Part shown: one piece after another, positions 8,636-17,740 of the stretch
Layout of the letters: each line of letters starts with the position of its first letter
How positions within the stretch are numbered: the first letter of the stretch is position 1
Origin: Candidatus Dormiibacterota bacterium
GTDB taxonomy: Bacteria; Chloroflexota; Dormibacteria; Aeolococcales; Bog-877
DNA: 64,000 bases
Assembly: GCA_027339635.1 (NCBI GenBank)
Contig: DAHWNZ010000002.1
Coordinates: 24,874 to 88,873 of the forward strand
Direction of reading: 5' to 3'
Position numbers and translations under genes: made by a program
The notes under the pieces: model-generated
What the model was told of the DNA's origin: nothing
Seen by the model: only the letters and a program-made list of their open reading frames with translations
Database searches by the model: none

Positions 8636-11121
8636 GAGCCCTGCGGAGACGAGATCGACGGGCCGTTCTCGTCGGCGGAAGCCGGTACCGGAGTCAGGGC
8701 GAGGACGGGCACCACCTTCTGCTGCGCCCATTCCGCAACCCTGCGCTCGTGTGAAAAGATCACAACCTGAGAGGTCTCCGAGAGCTCGAGCAGCGTATCC
8801 AGCAGGGCGAAGCAGCGACGGTCATCGGAGTTTACGGTGGGGTCGTCGAAGATCAGAGGCAGCTCCTCCCCTTTGGGTGAGAGCGCCTGGGCCAGGACCA
8901 TCCTCAGGCACACGTAGATCTGCTCCTGGGTCCCTTGAGAGAGGTGGTCCACGGGGATCTGCCTCGTCGAGTTCGGGGCGGCGACGTGCATGGAAAGATC
9001 CTCAGGGTCAACCCAGGCCTGGGAGTAGCGGCGATGGGTGAGCTGTGGCAGGCGCCGAGCGAGGCCATCCGCCAGCACCGGTGCGAGGCTCTTCTGGATC
9101 TCTCCCTCTGCCGCCTCCAGCTCTGAGATGGCCAGGTTGACCGCGGCCTCGGCGCGCTCCATGCGTGCCAGCTCAGAGCCCAAGTCCGCCACCTGCTCCT
9201 CCAGCTCCACCAGATCGCCCGACTCCTTCAGCTGCTGCTTGAGACTTCCCTCCCTGGGCAGGAGCTCATCTCGGAGCCGATCCCTCTCGAGCCGGGCTTG
9301 ATCGTACTCGGCGCGCAGGTCGTCGGCCGGCCTGGTGGTCCGGGTTGGCGCCCCCGCCCTGGCCCTGGCACCCACCTCGGACCGCAGCTCCTCAGCCCTG
9401 GTCACGAGCCCGCGAAGCTCCCTCCCGTTGAGACGCTCCTCACGACGCAGTCCCAGCTCGAGCCTTCGCCTCTCGGCCTCGACGGCCTGCTCGGCATCCC
9501 GGGCCATCTGGGTCAACCGGGCCGCGATCGCCTGGGGGTCGGGTTCCTCGATGCCCATGCTGGCGCCACGCTGTACCAGCTCCTTACGGGCTCTGTCCAC
9601 GGTGGACTGCCATGAGGCCACCTGCTGCAGAGCCTCCTGGAGCGGCGGCAGCTCCTGGGCCAGCTGCAGCAGCTGGCCCCCGCTGAGCTGGGTCAGACCC
9701 AGCTCTGAGATCCGCTGGCGCGCCTTGGCGCGCTGGGCCAAGACCTCCTCCTGGGCGGCCACCGCCTTGAGCACCTCCGGGTCCCGGCTCCGCCTGGCCC
9801 TGCGCACCTCCGCCACGGACGAGAATCCGGCCACAGCGAGCACCCGTCGCAGGCGGCGCTGGAGGTAAAGGAACAAGGTTGCACCCGCAGCCAGAATGAC
9901 CAGGCCGCCCAAGAACATTGGTACCGGCAGCTCCGTCGGAGATGCGGTTATCGCCCGACCGATGAGCACGATTCCGATGACCCCGGCCGCGAGCGCGATG
10001 AGATCGGAGCTCCAGCGGTGCAGGGCAACAGAACGGCGGTCCAGCAGCTCGAGCCGCGCCGCACCTCCGGCCTGGGCGGGAAGCGGCGGAACGGCCCTGT
10101 CGATGGCCTCGCCAAGATACTGCAGCTCGCTCACCGAGAGCTCCGCCGCCAATTTGGCGCGGGCCCGGTCAGCCGGCGTCAGCTGCGCCACCTTCTGCTC
10201 CGCCTCCGCCAGCTGCTGGGCCAATTGCGTGATTCCAAGGGCTGCGTCTCTCACCGCCTCAGGGTCGGCGGGGACCGCGAGGTCTGGAATGGCCCCGAGC
10301 GAGTGGTCGATCTCTTCGATGGCGATCAGGTCCTGGTCGAGCTCCGCCAGCTCCGCGAGCTTCCACGCCAGCTCCGCTTCCGACGCCACCTTCTCCGCGC
10401 TCTCCAGCCGTCCTCGTATCTCCTCCAACTGGGACAGCTCGTCGCCTAACCTCTGGCGGATCTCCACCGCCTGGGCGAGCCTCTGCTTGGCCTCGTCGAG
10501 ACGGGTGGCCAGCTTGTCCATGGGACGCTCCCTGGTGCGGTCGGCGCGGAGGTGTTCCTGGCGCCACTTCTTCAGCAGCTCCAGCGCCGCGCGGACACTG
10601 GTGTGAGCACCAGAAGTGGAGGTGGCCCTCTGCAGGTCAGCCTGCAGCGAGCTACCGCTTATCTCCAGGATCTGGTCCTGGGCCACGGTCGAGATGGCGA
10701 GGAACGCCTCCCGGCTCATGCCCAGGGCGACCGAGACGTCGACGGTCCGACCCCTGCGGAAGAGATTGGTGGCGTCTCCGCCACGGACCTCGTCGGTCAC
10801 CTGGCAGTTGTCCGGCTGCTCCAGGTCCCGTATGAAACGGTAGCGTCCGGAGCCCAGCTCCACCTCCGTCTCAACTGTGAAGTTGCGCCCCTGCCAGGGC
10901 CTGAAGCGGCGCAGGACCTGCTCCGACTCCTTGGGCATCCGCCCCCGACTGGGCAGGTCGACGCCCGCGAGCGCCACCCGCAGGGCGGTGTGCAGGGTGC
11001 TCTTCCCGGATTCATTGGGTCCGTAGATGACCGTGATCTTGGGGTCGAGGTTGAAGATGCCGCGCAGAGCGCCGAAACGCTCCAGCTTGACCGAGTTGAT
11101 CTTCACCGGTCCCTCCCCCAT
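8632..11121 (-). CDS. YhaN/SbcC-like SMC-type ATPase with central TM hairpin
   Basis: Walker A GPNESGKST, long coiled coils, signature LSQG, Walker B LIFDDP, H-loop FSH; two hydrophobic helices mid-protein. Confidence 0.88.
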   Translation of the reverse strand: MGEGPVKINSVKLERFGALRGIFNLDPKITVIYGPNESGKSTLHTALRVALAGVDLPSRGRMPKESEQVLRRFRPWQGRNFTVETEVELGSGRYRFIRDLEQPDNCQVTDEVRGGDATNLFRRGRTVDVSVALGMSREAFLAISTVAQDQILEISGSSLQADLQRATSTSGAHTSVRAALELLKKWRQEHLRADRTRERPMDKLATRLDEAKQRLAQAVEIRQRLGDELSQLEEIRGRLESAEKVASEAELAWKLAELAELDQDLIAIEEIDHSLGAIPDLAVPADPEAVRDAALGITQLAQQLAEAEQKVAQLTPADRARAKLAAELSVSELQYLGEAIDRAVPPLPAQAGGAARLELLDRRSVALHRWSSDLIALAAGVIGIVLIGRAITASPTELPVPMFLGGLVILAAGATLFLYLQRRLRRVLAVAGFSSVAEVRRARRSRDPEVLKAVAAQEEVLAQRAKARQRISELGLTQLSGGQLLQLAQELPPLQEALQQVASWQSTVDRARKELVQRGASMGIEEPDPQAIAARLTQMARDAEQAVEAERRRLELGLRREERLNGRELRGLVTRAEELRSEVGARARAGAPTRTTRPADDLRAEYDQARLERDRLRDELLPREGSLKQQLKESGDLVELEEQVADLGSELARMERAEAAVNLAISELEAAEGEIQKSLAPVLADGLARRLPQLTHRRYSQAWVDPEDLSMHVAAPNSTRQIPVDHLSQGTQEQIYVCLRMVLAQALSPKGEELPLIFDDPTVNSDDRRCFALLDTLLELSETSQVVIFSHERRVAEWAQQKVVPVLALTPVPASADENGPSISSPQGS

Positions 11122-11134
11122 CTCCTGGCATCGT

Positions 11135-12235
11135 TCACAGCAGGGCCGGCTCCTCCCCCAGCAGCGCGTTTAGGCCAGCCAGCAGTGCGGCTTGGACCAG
11201 CTCGCTGTCGAAGTCAGGGCGGGCCAGGAGCGAGCGCACGAACTGACCCCTGGCGTCCGGGGCCTGACGCAGCTGTTCCAGGTCTAGCTGGGGGCGGCAT
11301 GAGATCACGAGCTCGACCGAGCGCCCATTCACTCGGAGCCGCTCCAGGAGCTCCTGACGGCTCAGCCGGACCCCGGCCGCGAGCTCTCCCGTCACTCTGA
11401 CCCGGTACGCCACATCGCCATCCTCTTGGACTTGTATCGCGCCCAGGACCCGGTCCGCGATCGCCTCCGAGTGCTGGCATCCCGTCACGTCGACCTCTAT
11501 CTCGGCAAGTTGGAAGGTGCCGACCGGCACGATCTCCACGCGCGGTGGACCCTGCTCGTCGAGCTCGACCACGGCTGGCCCCCGTGTCCCCTCCTCTCCG
11601 AAGGTGAGTGGCTCCGGGTTTCCGGGATAGACCAGAAGCCTGCCCACCCGCGGCTTGTGGAAATGTCCGAGGAGGGCATACCGGAAGCCACTCCTCTGAA
11701 TCTCGTCCTCGCTGAACGGAGCGTGATCCTCCTTACCCTCACCCTGCTCCGGCAGCTGGCCCCGTTCGGACCCGTGGAAGAGGGCGACAGCCGGCCCTCC
11801 CTTGGGCACCTTGAACCTGTGCAGGAGATCACCTGTGCCCTTCGGCTTGAGGTGAGCCACCCCGAACACCCGCCACCCCCCGAGCTCGTAGGGTGTGAAC
11901 TCGCCGCCTTGGAAGATGTGCACGTTCTGGGGCCAGCGCTCGCGTGAGTAGAGGGAACCGGGGTGCAGGTAGTCGTGATTGCCCGGGCTGATGAGGACTG
12001 GGCACGAGGCCCTCTCGAACTCCTGCTGCAGGAATCTCGTCGTGTCGCCCTGGGAACGCAGATCCTCGTACAGGTCACCGCCGATGGTCAGCGCATCCGC
12101 CCGCTGCTCCACGGCCATGTCGACGACCCTGCGAAAGGTCTGCCGGATCGCCCAGCGCCGCCTTCTGGCGGCGGCGAGGCCCAGCCCCGAAAAGGAGGCG
12201 TCGAGGTGGACGTCGGCGCAATGGATCAAACGCAT
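11135..12235 (-). CDS. YhaO/SbcD/Mre11-like metallophosphoesterase (DNA repair exonuclease)
   Basis: HCADVHLD, GGDLYE, PGNHD, FHGS, LGHFH, YPGNPE. Confidence 0.92.
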   Translation of the reverse strand: MRLIHCADVHLDASFSGLGLAAARRRRWAIRQTFRRVVDMAVEQRADALTIGGDLYEDLRSQGDTTRFLQQEFERASCPVLISPGNHDYLHPGSLYSRERWPQNVHIFQGGEFTPYELGGWRVFGVAHLKPKGTGDLLHRFKVPKGGPAVALFHGSERGQLPEQGEGKEDHAPFSEDEIQRSGFRYALLGHFHKPRVGRLLVYPGNPEPLTFGEEGTRGPAVVELDEQGPPRVEIVPVGTFQLAEIEVDVTGCQHSEAIADRVLGAIQVQEDGDVAYRVRVTGELAAGVRLSRQELLERLRVNGRSVELVISCRPQLDLEQLRQAPDARGQFVRSLLARPDFDSELVQAALLAGLNALLGEEPALL

Positions 12236-12307
12236 GAGCGCAATATGCAACACTGGAGGCTCTTCGTGTTGAGCCTCGCCCCCTCCGGGGCCAACTACAC
12301 TGCCCCC

Positions 12308-12532
12308 ATGGCCCCAATTCTCCCACCAGGACCGGTCGACCAGGCGAGCCGGGTCGTGCTGCGCAAGATCAACCGACGCGCCCCGTCCTTCATCAGCAAC
12401 ATGGTGCGCGCTCGCCTGGTGGGACACCAGGTCGAGGTGGGGCAGAAGATCCTGGTATACCAGGTCGCGTTCACCGAGCCGCACGGGTTGGTGGAGGTAA
12501 CCCCGGCCACGGTGATCGAGTTCATCAACTGA
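12308..12532 (+). CDS. Small protein resembling the CDC48/VAT N-terminal subdomain 2 (DUF6849-like)
   Basis: In-frame ATG within ORF 11963..12532. V.RARL.G..V.VG....Y.V..TEP.G.V.V...T.I.F pattern; ends 5 nt before the ABC gene. Confidence 0.6.
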   Translation: MAPILPPGPVDQASRVVLRKINRRAPSFISNMVRARLVGHQVEVGQKILVYQVAFTEPHGLVEVTPATVIEFIN

Positions 12533-12537
12533 AGGCC

Positions 12538-13452
12538 ATGTCCCACCCGGTCCTGGAGGCGAGGGATCTCCTGCGGCGCTTCTCGAACGGGAGGGGCGTG
12601 GGACCGCTCAACCTTCTTGTCAGCCAGGGTGAGGTGTTGGCCCTGGTCGGGCCCAACGGCTGCGGCAAGACGACCCTGCTGCGCTGCCTGGCAACCAGGA
12701 GCACCCCAGGCCAGGGTGAGGTGCTTTGGTTTGGTGACCGAGACCCCGCCCTTGCCCGCCCCCGCCTGGGGGTGGTGTTCGACGCGACCGCCCACGCGGA
12801 CGAGCTCAGCGCCAGAGAGAACCTGGCCTTCTTCGCCTCCGCGCGGGGCGCCCCGGTGGGACCTTCAACGCCCCTCCTATCTCAGGCTGAGTTGAGCGAC
12901 GTCGCCGATGAGCCCGTCGCGTCCTACTCCTACGGGATGCGACGGCGGCTGTTGCTGGCGGAGGCGCTGGCCGGCGACCCCGAGCTCCTCCTGCTCGACG
13001 AGCCAACGCTCGGCCTTGACGTGGCCGGCCAGCGGTGGCTGGCGGATGTCCTCCAGGAGCGGGCGGCGAGAGGAACGGCGGTGTGCATCTCCACCAACGA
13101 CACCGAATTCGTGGAGTCGGCGGCGACTCGGGTCTGTTTTCTGGTGGATGGACTGGCCGTCCATGACTCTCCCCTCGACGAACTGCTGGCCTCCCTCGGC
13201 GGCAGCAGAGAGATCCACCTCACATCCAGGAGCCAGCTGCCGGTGGAGAGGCTTCGCTGCGTGCCAGGGGTCGAGGGGGTCGCTCTCGTCGAAGGAGGGG
13301 CGATCGTCCTGGCCCACCAGCGAGAGGGGTTGCTGGCGGACCTGCTGGCGACCATGGGAGACCTCGACCGCACCCTGGTCGACCTCTCGGTGCGGGAGCC
13401 GGGGCTGGCCGACTGCTTCTTGCGGATCACGGGGCGGGCTCTCGGTGACTGA
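12538..13452 (+). CDS. ABC transporter ATP-binding protein
   Basis: GPNGCGKTT, YSYGMRRR, LLLDEPT. Confidence 0.92.
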   Translation: MSHPVLEARDLLRRFSNGRGVGPLNLLVSQGEVLALVGPNGCGKTTLLRCLATRSTPGQGEVLWFGDRDPALARPRLGVVFDATAHADELSARENLAFFASARGAPVGPSTPLLSQAELSDVADEPVASYSYGMRRRLLLAEALAGDPELLLLDEPTLGLDVAGQRWLADVLQERAARGTAVCISTNDTEFVESAATRVCFLVDGLAVHDSPLDELLASLGGSREIHLTSRSQLPVERLRCVPGVEGVALVEGGAIVLAHQREGLLADLLATMGDLDRTLVDLSVREPGLADCFLRITGRALGD

Positions 13453-14221
13453 GAACGCCCCCGCCATGGGCCTCAAGACCTCCGCACCTCCCAGGACTCC
13501 GGGGACGGGCCCCCGGTCACTGTGGCAGCTGGAGTTGCGGGCGACCCTGTCGCGCCGCCGGGCGCTGGCGATAAAGATGGGTTTTCCACTCTTGCTGGTG
13601 ATTCCCCTGGTCGCCACCGACGCCCCCCAGTTCTTCGCCGGGATGCTTCTCACCATCCTCATCGCCATGGTGGGCACGGTCGGGACGGGCGTCAGTGTCA
13701 CCCGCTCCCGGGGATCCGGGTGGCTCGACCGGCTGGCGGTCCTTCCCCTGCCGAGATGGCGGATATCGCTGGAGATCTTCTTCGCCGGGTGGCTGGTCGA
13801 CTGCGTCCAGGCCACCATCGTCTTTTTGGTGCTGGAACTGGCTCAGCGCCCCGACCCGTTCGCGATCCTGACCACCTGGCTGCTGGCGCTGGCGACCTTG
13901 GGGTTCTCGGGCGCCATCGGGCTCGCGGTCGCGACTCTGACCGACAACGCCGGGGAGGCGATGCTCTTTCTGGCGGTCATCCTGGCACCGATGCTCTTTC
14001 TATCGGGACTGTTCACCGGGGTCCCGGCCACGGGGATCCGCTACTGGGTCGCTCAGGTGTTGCCGTTCAGCTACCTGAGCGACGGGTTCCAGCTGTGTCT
14101 GCACGGAAACCCGCCCTATGGCAGCTCCATGAGCTTTCTCCTGGCCGCGATCGGCTTCGGAATCGTGGCCGTGGGGGCCAGCGCCGCTCTGGGCCGAGCG
14201 CTCCTGGCGCGAGGGGCGTGA
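13445..14221 (+). CDS. ABC-2 type permease
   Basis: About 6 TM, GWLDRLAVLP, FLSGLF...LPFSY; overlaps the ATPase stop. Confidence 0.85.
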   Translation: MTENAPAMGLKTSAPPRTPGTGPRSLWQLELRATLSRRRALAIKMGFPLLLVIPLVATDAPQFFAGMLLTILIAMVGTVGTGVSVTRSRGSGWLDRLAVLPLPRWRISLEIFFAGWLVDCVQATIVFLVLELAQRPDPFAILTTWLLALATLGFSGAIGLAVATLTDNAGEAMLFLAVILAPMLFLSGLFTGVPATGIRYWVAQVLPFSYLSDGFQLCLHGNPPYGSSMSFLLAAIGFGIVAVGASAALGRALLARGA

Positions 14222-14636
14222 GGAGAGCCGACCGCCGCGCCCAGCCCGCAGAAGCCACCGTCGACTGCCTCCTTACCGGGTCAGCGGCGCGGGACCGGGC
14301 CCGGCACGATGCGCCCGCTGCGCGGCCACCGCCAAGCCGACTGAGCTATTGCATCAGGCGGGCGATTACAGGGGAATCCGGACCCCGGCCCCCGGGCAAA
14401 CGCCCGCGTCGACAGCGGTGCAACAACTGCCACCTCACTGGGGCCAAGGGGTTGGACGCCCGAACCGGTGCTGACCGAGATTCCGCTTCGCCGGTCAAAG
14501 TGGATGGCTGGGCCCCGGGGCACCCGTAAGCTGCAACTGGCCAGCCGGCCAGGCACCGGTCGCAGACACAGAACCGAGAGCGAGGGCAACCCGGGGGAGT
14601 GCGAGGTCATCACCTCAGGCCACGCCGCACAGCCGG

Positions 14637-15482
14637 TCAGCCTGGCCTGTCGGCCGCCTTCCCCGTTGGGTAGCGTCGCTGCCGCCACAACCACAGCCCG
14701 CCCAAGAACATCAGCAAGCCGACGACGATGAGCAGTCGACTGAGAGCGATGGGCAGGTCGGCACCCGTGGATGGGGTCTGCGCCCCAAGAACTCCCTGGT
14801 GCTGTCCGGCGCCGGGATCCCCGCCAGGCTGTCCGGGGGCGGTGGTGCTTTGGCCGAGCACTCCGCCAGCCGGGGTTGATAGGTTCGTGAAGACCGGCTG
14901 CACGGTGACGCTGGCGCTGCCACCCTGGTATGGGTTGCCGGCGGCCAGCGGCATTAGCCACCTGACGGTGAAGGTTTCGGCCGCCACCCGCCCACCGCCG
15001 GCGGTTGTGACGGGAAGATTACCGGTGTCGCTCACGCAGTAGCTGGCGTTTGGGTACGCGGCCGGCTGGTCGAGCTCCGCGGAGGTGTAGCAGGCCACCG
15101 GGCCAACGAGGAAGAGCTGGCCTGTGCTGTCGTTGATGATCTGCACCTGCAAACCGGTCTGCGTACCGTCGAGCAGGGCTTCGGTCCCCAGGGCGGATCC
15201 TGGCTTCCCACCTGCGGACATGGACGCGCTCGACACTCGAAGCACAACCTTGACCGGATGGCCCACGTAGGGGTTGGCAAAGGTCTCCTGGCAGCTTCCG
15301 CTCGAGCCCGGCATCAGCGCGGCCGAGGTGCCGCAGACGCTGAGGGTGGTCGCGGCCGACACGGTGGTAGACGCGGCGAGACCAAGGGCCGTGCCCGTGC
15401 CACCGCTCAGCAGGCCCAGGCACACCAGGACCAGGGATGGCCGTGTCCGCTGGCGCAGCCAGTGCAGCGCTATCACCGCCAT
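14637..15482 (-). CDS. TasA/camelysin-like secreted subunit with C-terminal sortase-like sorting signal
   Basis: N-terminal hydrophobic leader; AAGNPYQGGSASVTV shared with 15778..16884; C-terminal GVLGAQTPSTG + hydrophobic helix + RQRR. Start uncertain. Confidence 0.7.
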   Translation of the reverse strand: MAVIALHWLRQRTRPSLVLVCLGLLSGGTGTALGLAASTTVSAATTLSVCGTSAALMPGSSGSCQETFANPYVGHPVKVVLRVSSASMSAGGKPGSALGTEALLDGTQTGLQVQIINDSTGQLFLVGPVACYTSAELDQPAAYPNASYCVSDTGNLPVTTAGGGRVAAETFTVRWLMPLAAGNPYQGGSASVTVQPVFTNLSTPAGGVLGQSTTAPGQPGGDPGAGQHQGVLGAQTPSTGADLPIALSRLLIVVGLLMFLGGLWLWRQRRYPTGKAADRPG

Positions 15483-15736
15483 CCCGCCATCCGGCCCGTC
15501 AGGGCAGGTCCGACCTGAGCCCGGGCCCGTGTGCCTGCAGCCCGCCTGCCCGAAGCGCTTGCCCGGGTCGTCGGCGTGGTGCCGTGGGGCGCCGGGTGGC
15601 ACTGCCAAGGCATCCCTGCCCAAGAGCTCGCGGAAGTCCCTCCTTGGGAGCCTGCGGCCCTTTTGGTGGACGCCCGTTGCGGATCGTTCAAAGCGTTCAA
15701 GTCTCCTTGTCGATCGATTGGAAAGGAATCCGGTTG

Positions 15737-15766
15737 GAGGAGCCGGCTCCTGAGAGCCGGCTCCTC
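15737..15766 (-). terminator. Perfect 13-bp stem-loop just downstream of the major TasA-like gene
   Basis: GAGGAGCCGGCTC-ctga-GAGCCGGCTCCTC; lacks a strong U-tract, so may be an mRNA stabiliser or partial terminator. Confidence 0.7.
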
Positions 15767-15777
15767 GCACACGGTCG

Positions 15778-16884
15778 TCAGCCGACCGTGATGTTCCAGA
15801 AGGTCTCGCCCTGCTGGGGGAAATCGTCGTTGCTGGTCAGGTCGCTCGGGTTGGCTCCCGCCTTGTACACGACGTAGGAGGCGTTGGCATAGACGTTGTA
15901 GGTGAAGTTCAGCACGTCACCTGCCTTGGGCATGGCGCCCGTGCATGAGGAGACGGTCAGGCCCAGGGTGCTTACCGCGGCCGAGGCCACGTTCGATCCA
16001 AAGGCAGGAAGCGGCGACGGTGTCGTGATGCTGTACTGGCAGACATCAGGCGTGGTCGCGGTGCTCTGGGTGACGTCCGTAGCCGAGAACTCTGAGGGAG
16101 CGGACGGCGTGTAGTTGTTGGTGTTGAAGACTTGGACGGGGACGTTGTAGCCGACGTTCAGGGTGGTCGCGCTGGGCGAGGTCACCGACTCGAAGATGGG
16201 CCCGGTCGGGTACTCGGGCGCGTGCCCGGAGTTGTTGGTGTCATTGACGGACTGCACCGCCCATGCGTCAACCGAGATGGAGGCCGACCCGCCCTGGTAA
16301 GGGTTGTTCTGAGCCGGTGTCCCGATGTTCATCGCCCCGCTGATGGTGAACGTGAAGGACCCGCCGCTGGTCGGGTTCCAGAGGTCCACCACCTGGTTGT
16401 CGTCACTGCTGCAGGCCTGCCAGCCGGCGGCTGTCTGAGCGGTGCTGCAGTTGGAAGCGCTGGGAGTTCCCCAACCGAAGAGCTGGGTTCCGATGCCGTA
16501 CTCCGAGGCGGCGGGAGTCGAGATGGTCGGCACCAGGCCGTATGCCCCACCGATCAGGGGCGAGCCGCCAGGGGTGCCGGCCTTGGACTCGGTGGAAACG
16601 TTGAGCAGCAGCCAAGCCGGGGCCGTGCCCGTGTAGTCGACCGTATAAGTGCAAGTGGATCCGAGGGACTGGCCGGGGACTATATCCGAGAAGTTGCAAG
16701 AGCTCGCGTTTGCCGAACCGGTGTTGGTCAGCGTGACGGTGGCCGCGCTGATGGTCGAGGTTTGGGGCGTGGCCGCGCTGCTGAACAGCGCGTAGCTGGC
16801 CCCGATCGCCAGGGCTGCCGCCGCGCCCACCACGCCGATGGCGCTGAGGACGAGCGTCAGCCGTCGGTTTCTACCGATGGACAT
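15778..16884 (-). CDS. TasA/camelysin-like SipW-dependent secreted protein (putative major fibre subunit)
   Basis: Basic N-terminus + hydrophobic helix + GASYALFSS...STISAA SipW-type leader; N.YQG motif; S/T/N/G-rich with Cys pairs; AGGAG RBS. Confidence 0.78.
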   Translation of the reverse strand: MSIGRNRRLTLVLSAIGVVGAAAALAIGASYALFSSAATPQTSTISAATVTLTNTGSANASSCNFSDIVPGQSLGSTCTYTVDYTGTAPAWLLLNVSTESKAGTPGGSPLIGGAYGLVPTISTPAASEYGIGTQLFGWGTPSASNCSTAQTAAGWQACSSDDNQVVDLWNPTSGGSFTFTISGAMNIGTPAQNNPYQGGSASISVDAWAVQSVNDTNNSGHAPEYPTGPIFESVTSPSATTLNVGYNVPVQVFNTNNYTPSAPSEFSATDVTQSTATTPDVCQYSITTPSPLPAFGSNVASAAVSTLGLTVSSCTGAMPKAGDVLNFTYNVYANASYVVYKAGANPSDLTSNDDFPQQGETFWNITVG

Positions 16885-17065
16885 CCTGAGTTACTCCTAA
16901 AAATTTCTGCTTGGAGATGCGCTGTGGCACATCCCGGTTCACCTTCTCCGCTCCTCTTTCCGTGCTCCTATCTCCTTCCTCCCATGTGCTCTGCACCTGC
17001 CGTCTCGTTGCCAAACTGGGTCAGCCGACGTCCCCACCCCTGGTCGGACCCCGGGGCGCACCCGC

Positions 17066-17740
17066 CTACCACGGGCGACCCATTGAATCGGCCTCCTTCT
17101 CTCGGGCCGCCCGCTCCTCGGCGTCAATCGCGCGCCAGCGCCGACGCGTCTCCCCGGTCACGAAATAGAGGACGGGGATCATGATCAGGATCACGAATGT
17201 CACGGGCTGATGGACCGCCGTCAGCACGTACCCCCCCAAGGGGATGCTGCCCTGATAGACGCCCAGCACATCCGCCGCCGCGACCGGCAGGGCGTCGGGC
17301 ACGTTGTTGGCGTCACCCTTGGTGCGGTATTCGACCTGGGTCAGGCCGCCCGGGCCTGGCCCGGTGCCAACCGAGTAGATGCGGTGGGTGATCACCAACG
17401 GGGCCTGCCCCGCGGTCCGCGCAGGGTCTACGAAGGTTATGATCTGCCCCTTGCGCAGATGGCTCGCCTGCGCCAGAGTGACGGTTCGGTCGTAGATCAA
17501 ATCTCCCGGCACGAAGGTGGGGGCCATGGAGCCGCTGGCCACGCTGAAGGCGGGATGGCCGAACACGACTCGTTCTCCGTAGGGGCCGTTCTTCACGGTC
17601 ACGGCGAGGAATATCGCCACCGCCAGGAGGAGCACCACCAGCACCGTCAGGAGGGTGGCCAGAGCGTTGAAAAACCGACCTGCTACGCCATGGCTCTGCC
17701 GCTTCGTCGGCCCGACGTTGACCGAGACCCGATCGGTCAT
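17066..17740 (-). CDS. sipW: SipW/Sec11-type signal peptidase I (copy 2)
   Basis: SGSMAP...GDLI, ITHRI, TKGDANN.PD (Ser/His type); N- and C-terminal TMs. Confidence 0.93.
   Translation of the reverse strand: MTDRVSVNVGPTKRQSHGVAGRFFNALATLLTVLVVLLLAVAIFLAVTVKNGPYGERVVFGHPAFSVASGSMAPTFVPGDLIYDRTVTLAQASHLRKGQIITFVDPARTAGQAPLVITHRIYSVGTGPGPGGLTQVEYRTKGDANNVPDALPVAAADVLGVYQGSIPLGGYVLTAVHQPVTFVILIMIPVLYFVTGETRRRWRAIDAEERAAREKEADSMGRPW

Noticed and set aside
14394-14405. GGGCAAACGCCC resembling the start of a c-di-GMP-I riboswitch near the fibre operon
   Set aside because: The rest of the consensus (GAAA tetraloop stem, GCAAAGC) is missing, and it lies downstream of convergent genes.
1510-14463. 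Shared GACGCCCGA and GGGGCACC words in the two structured intergenic gaps
   Set aside because: Matches this short are expected by chance between GC-rich segments of several hundred nt.
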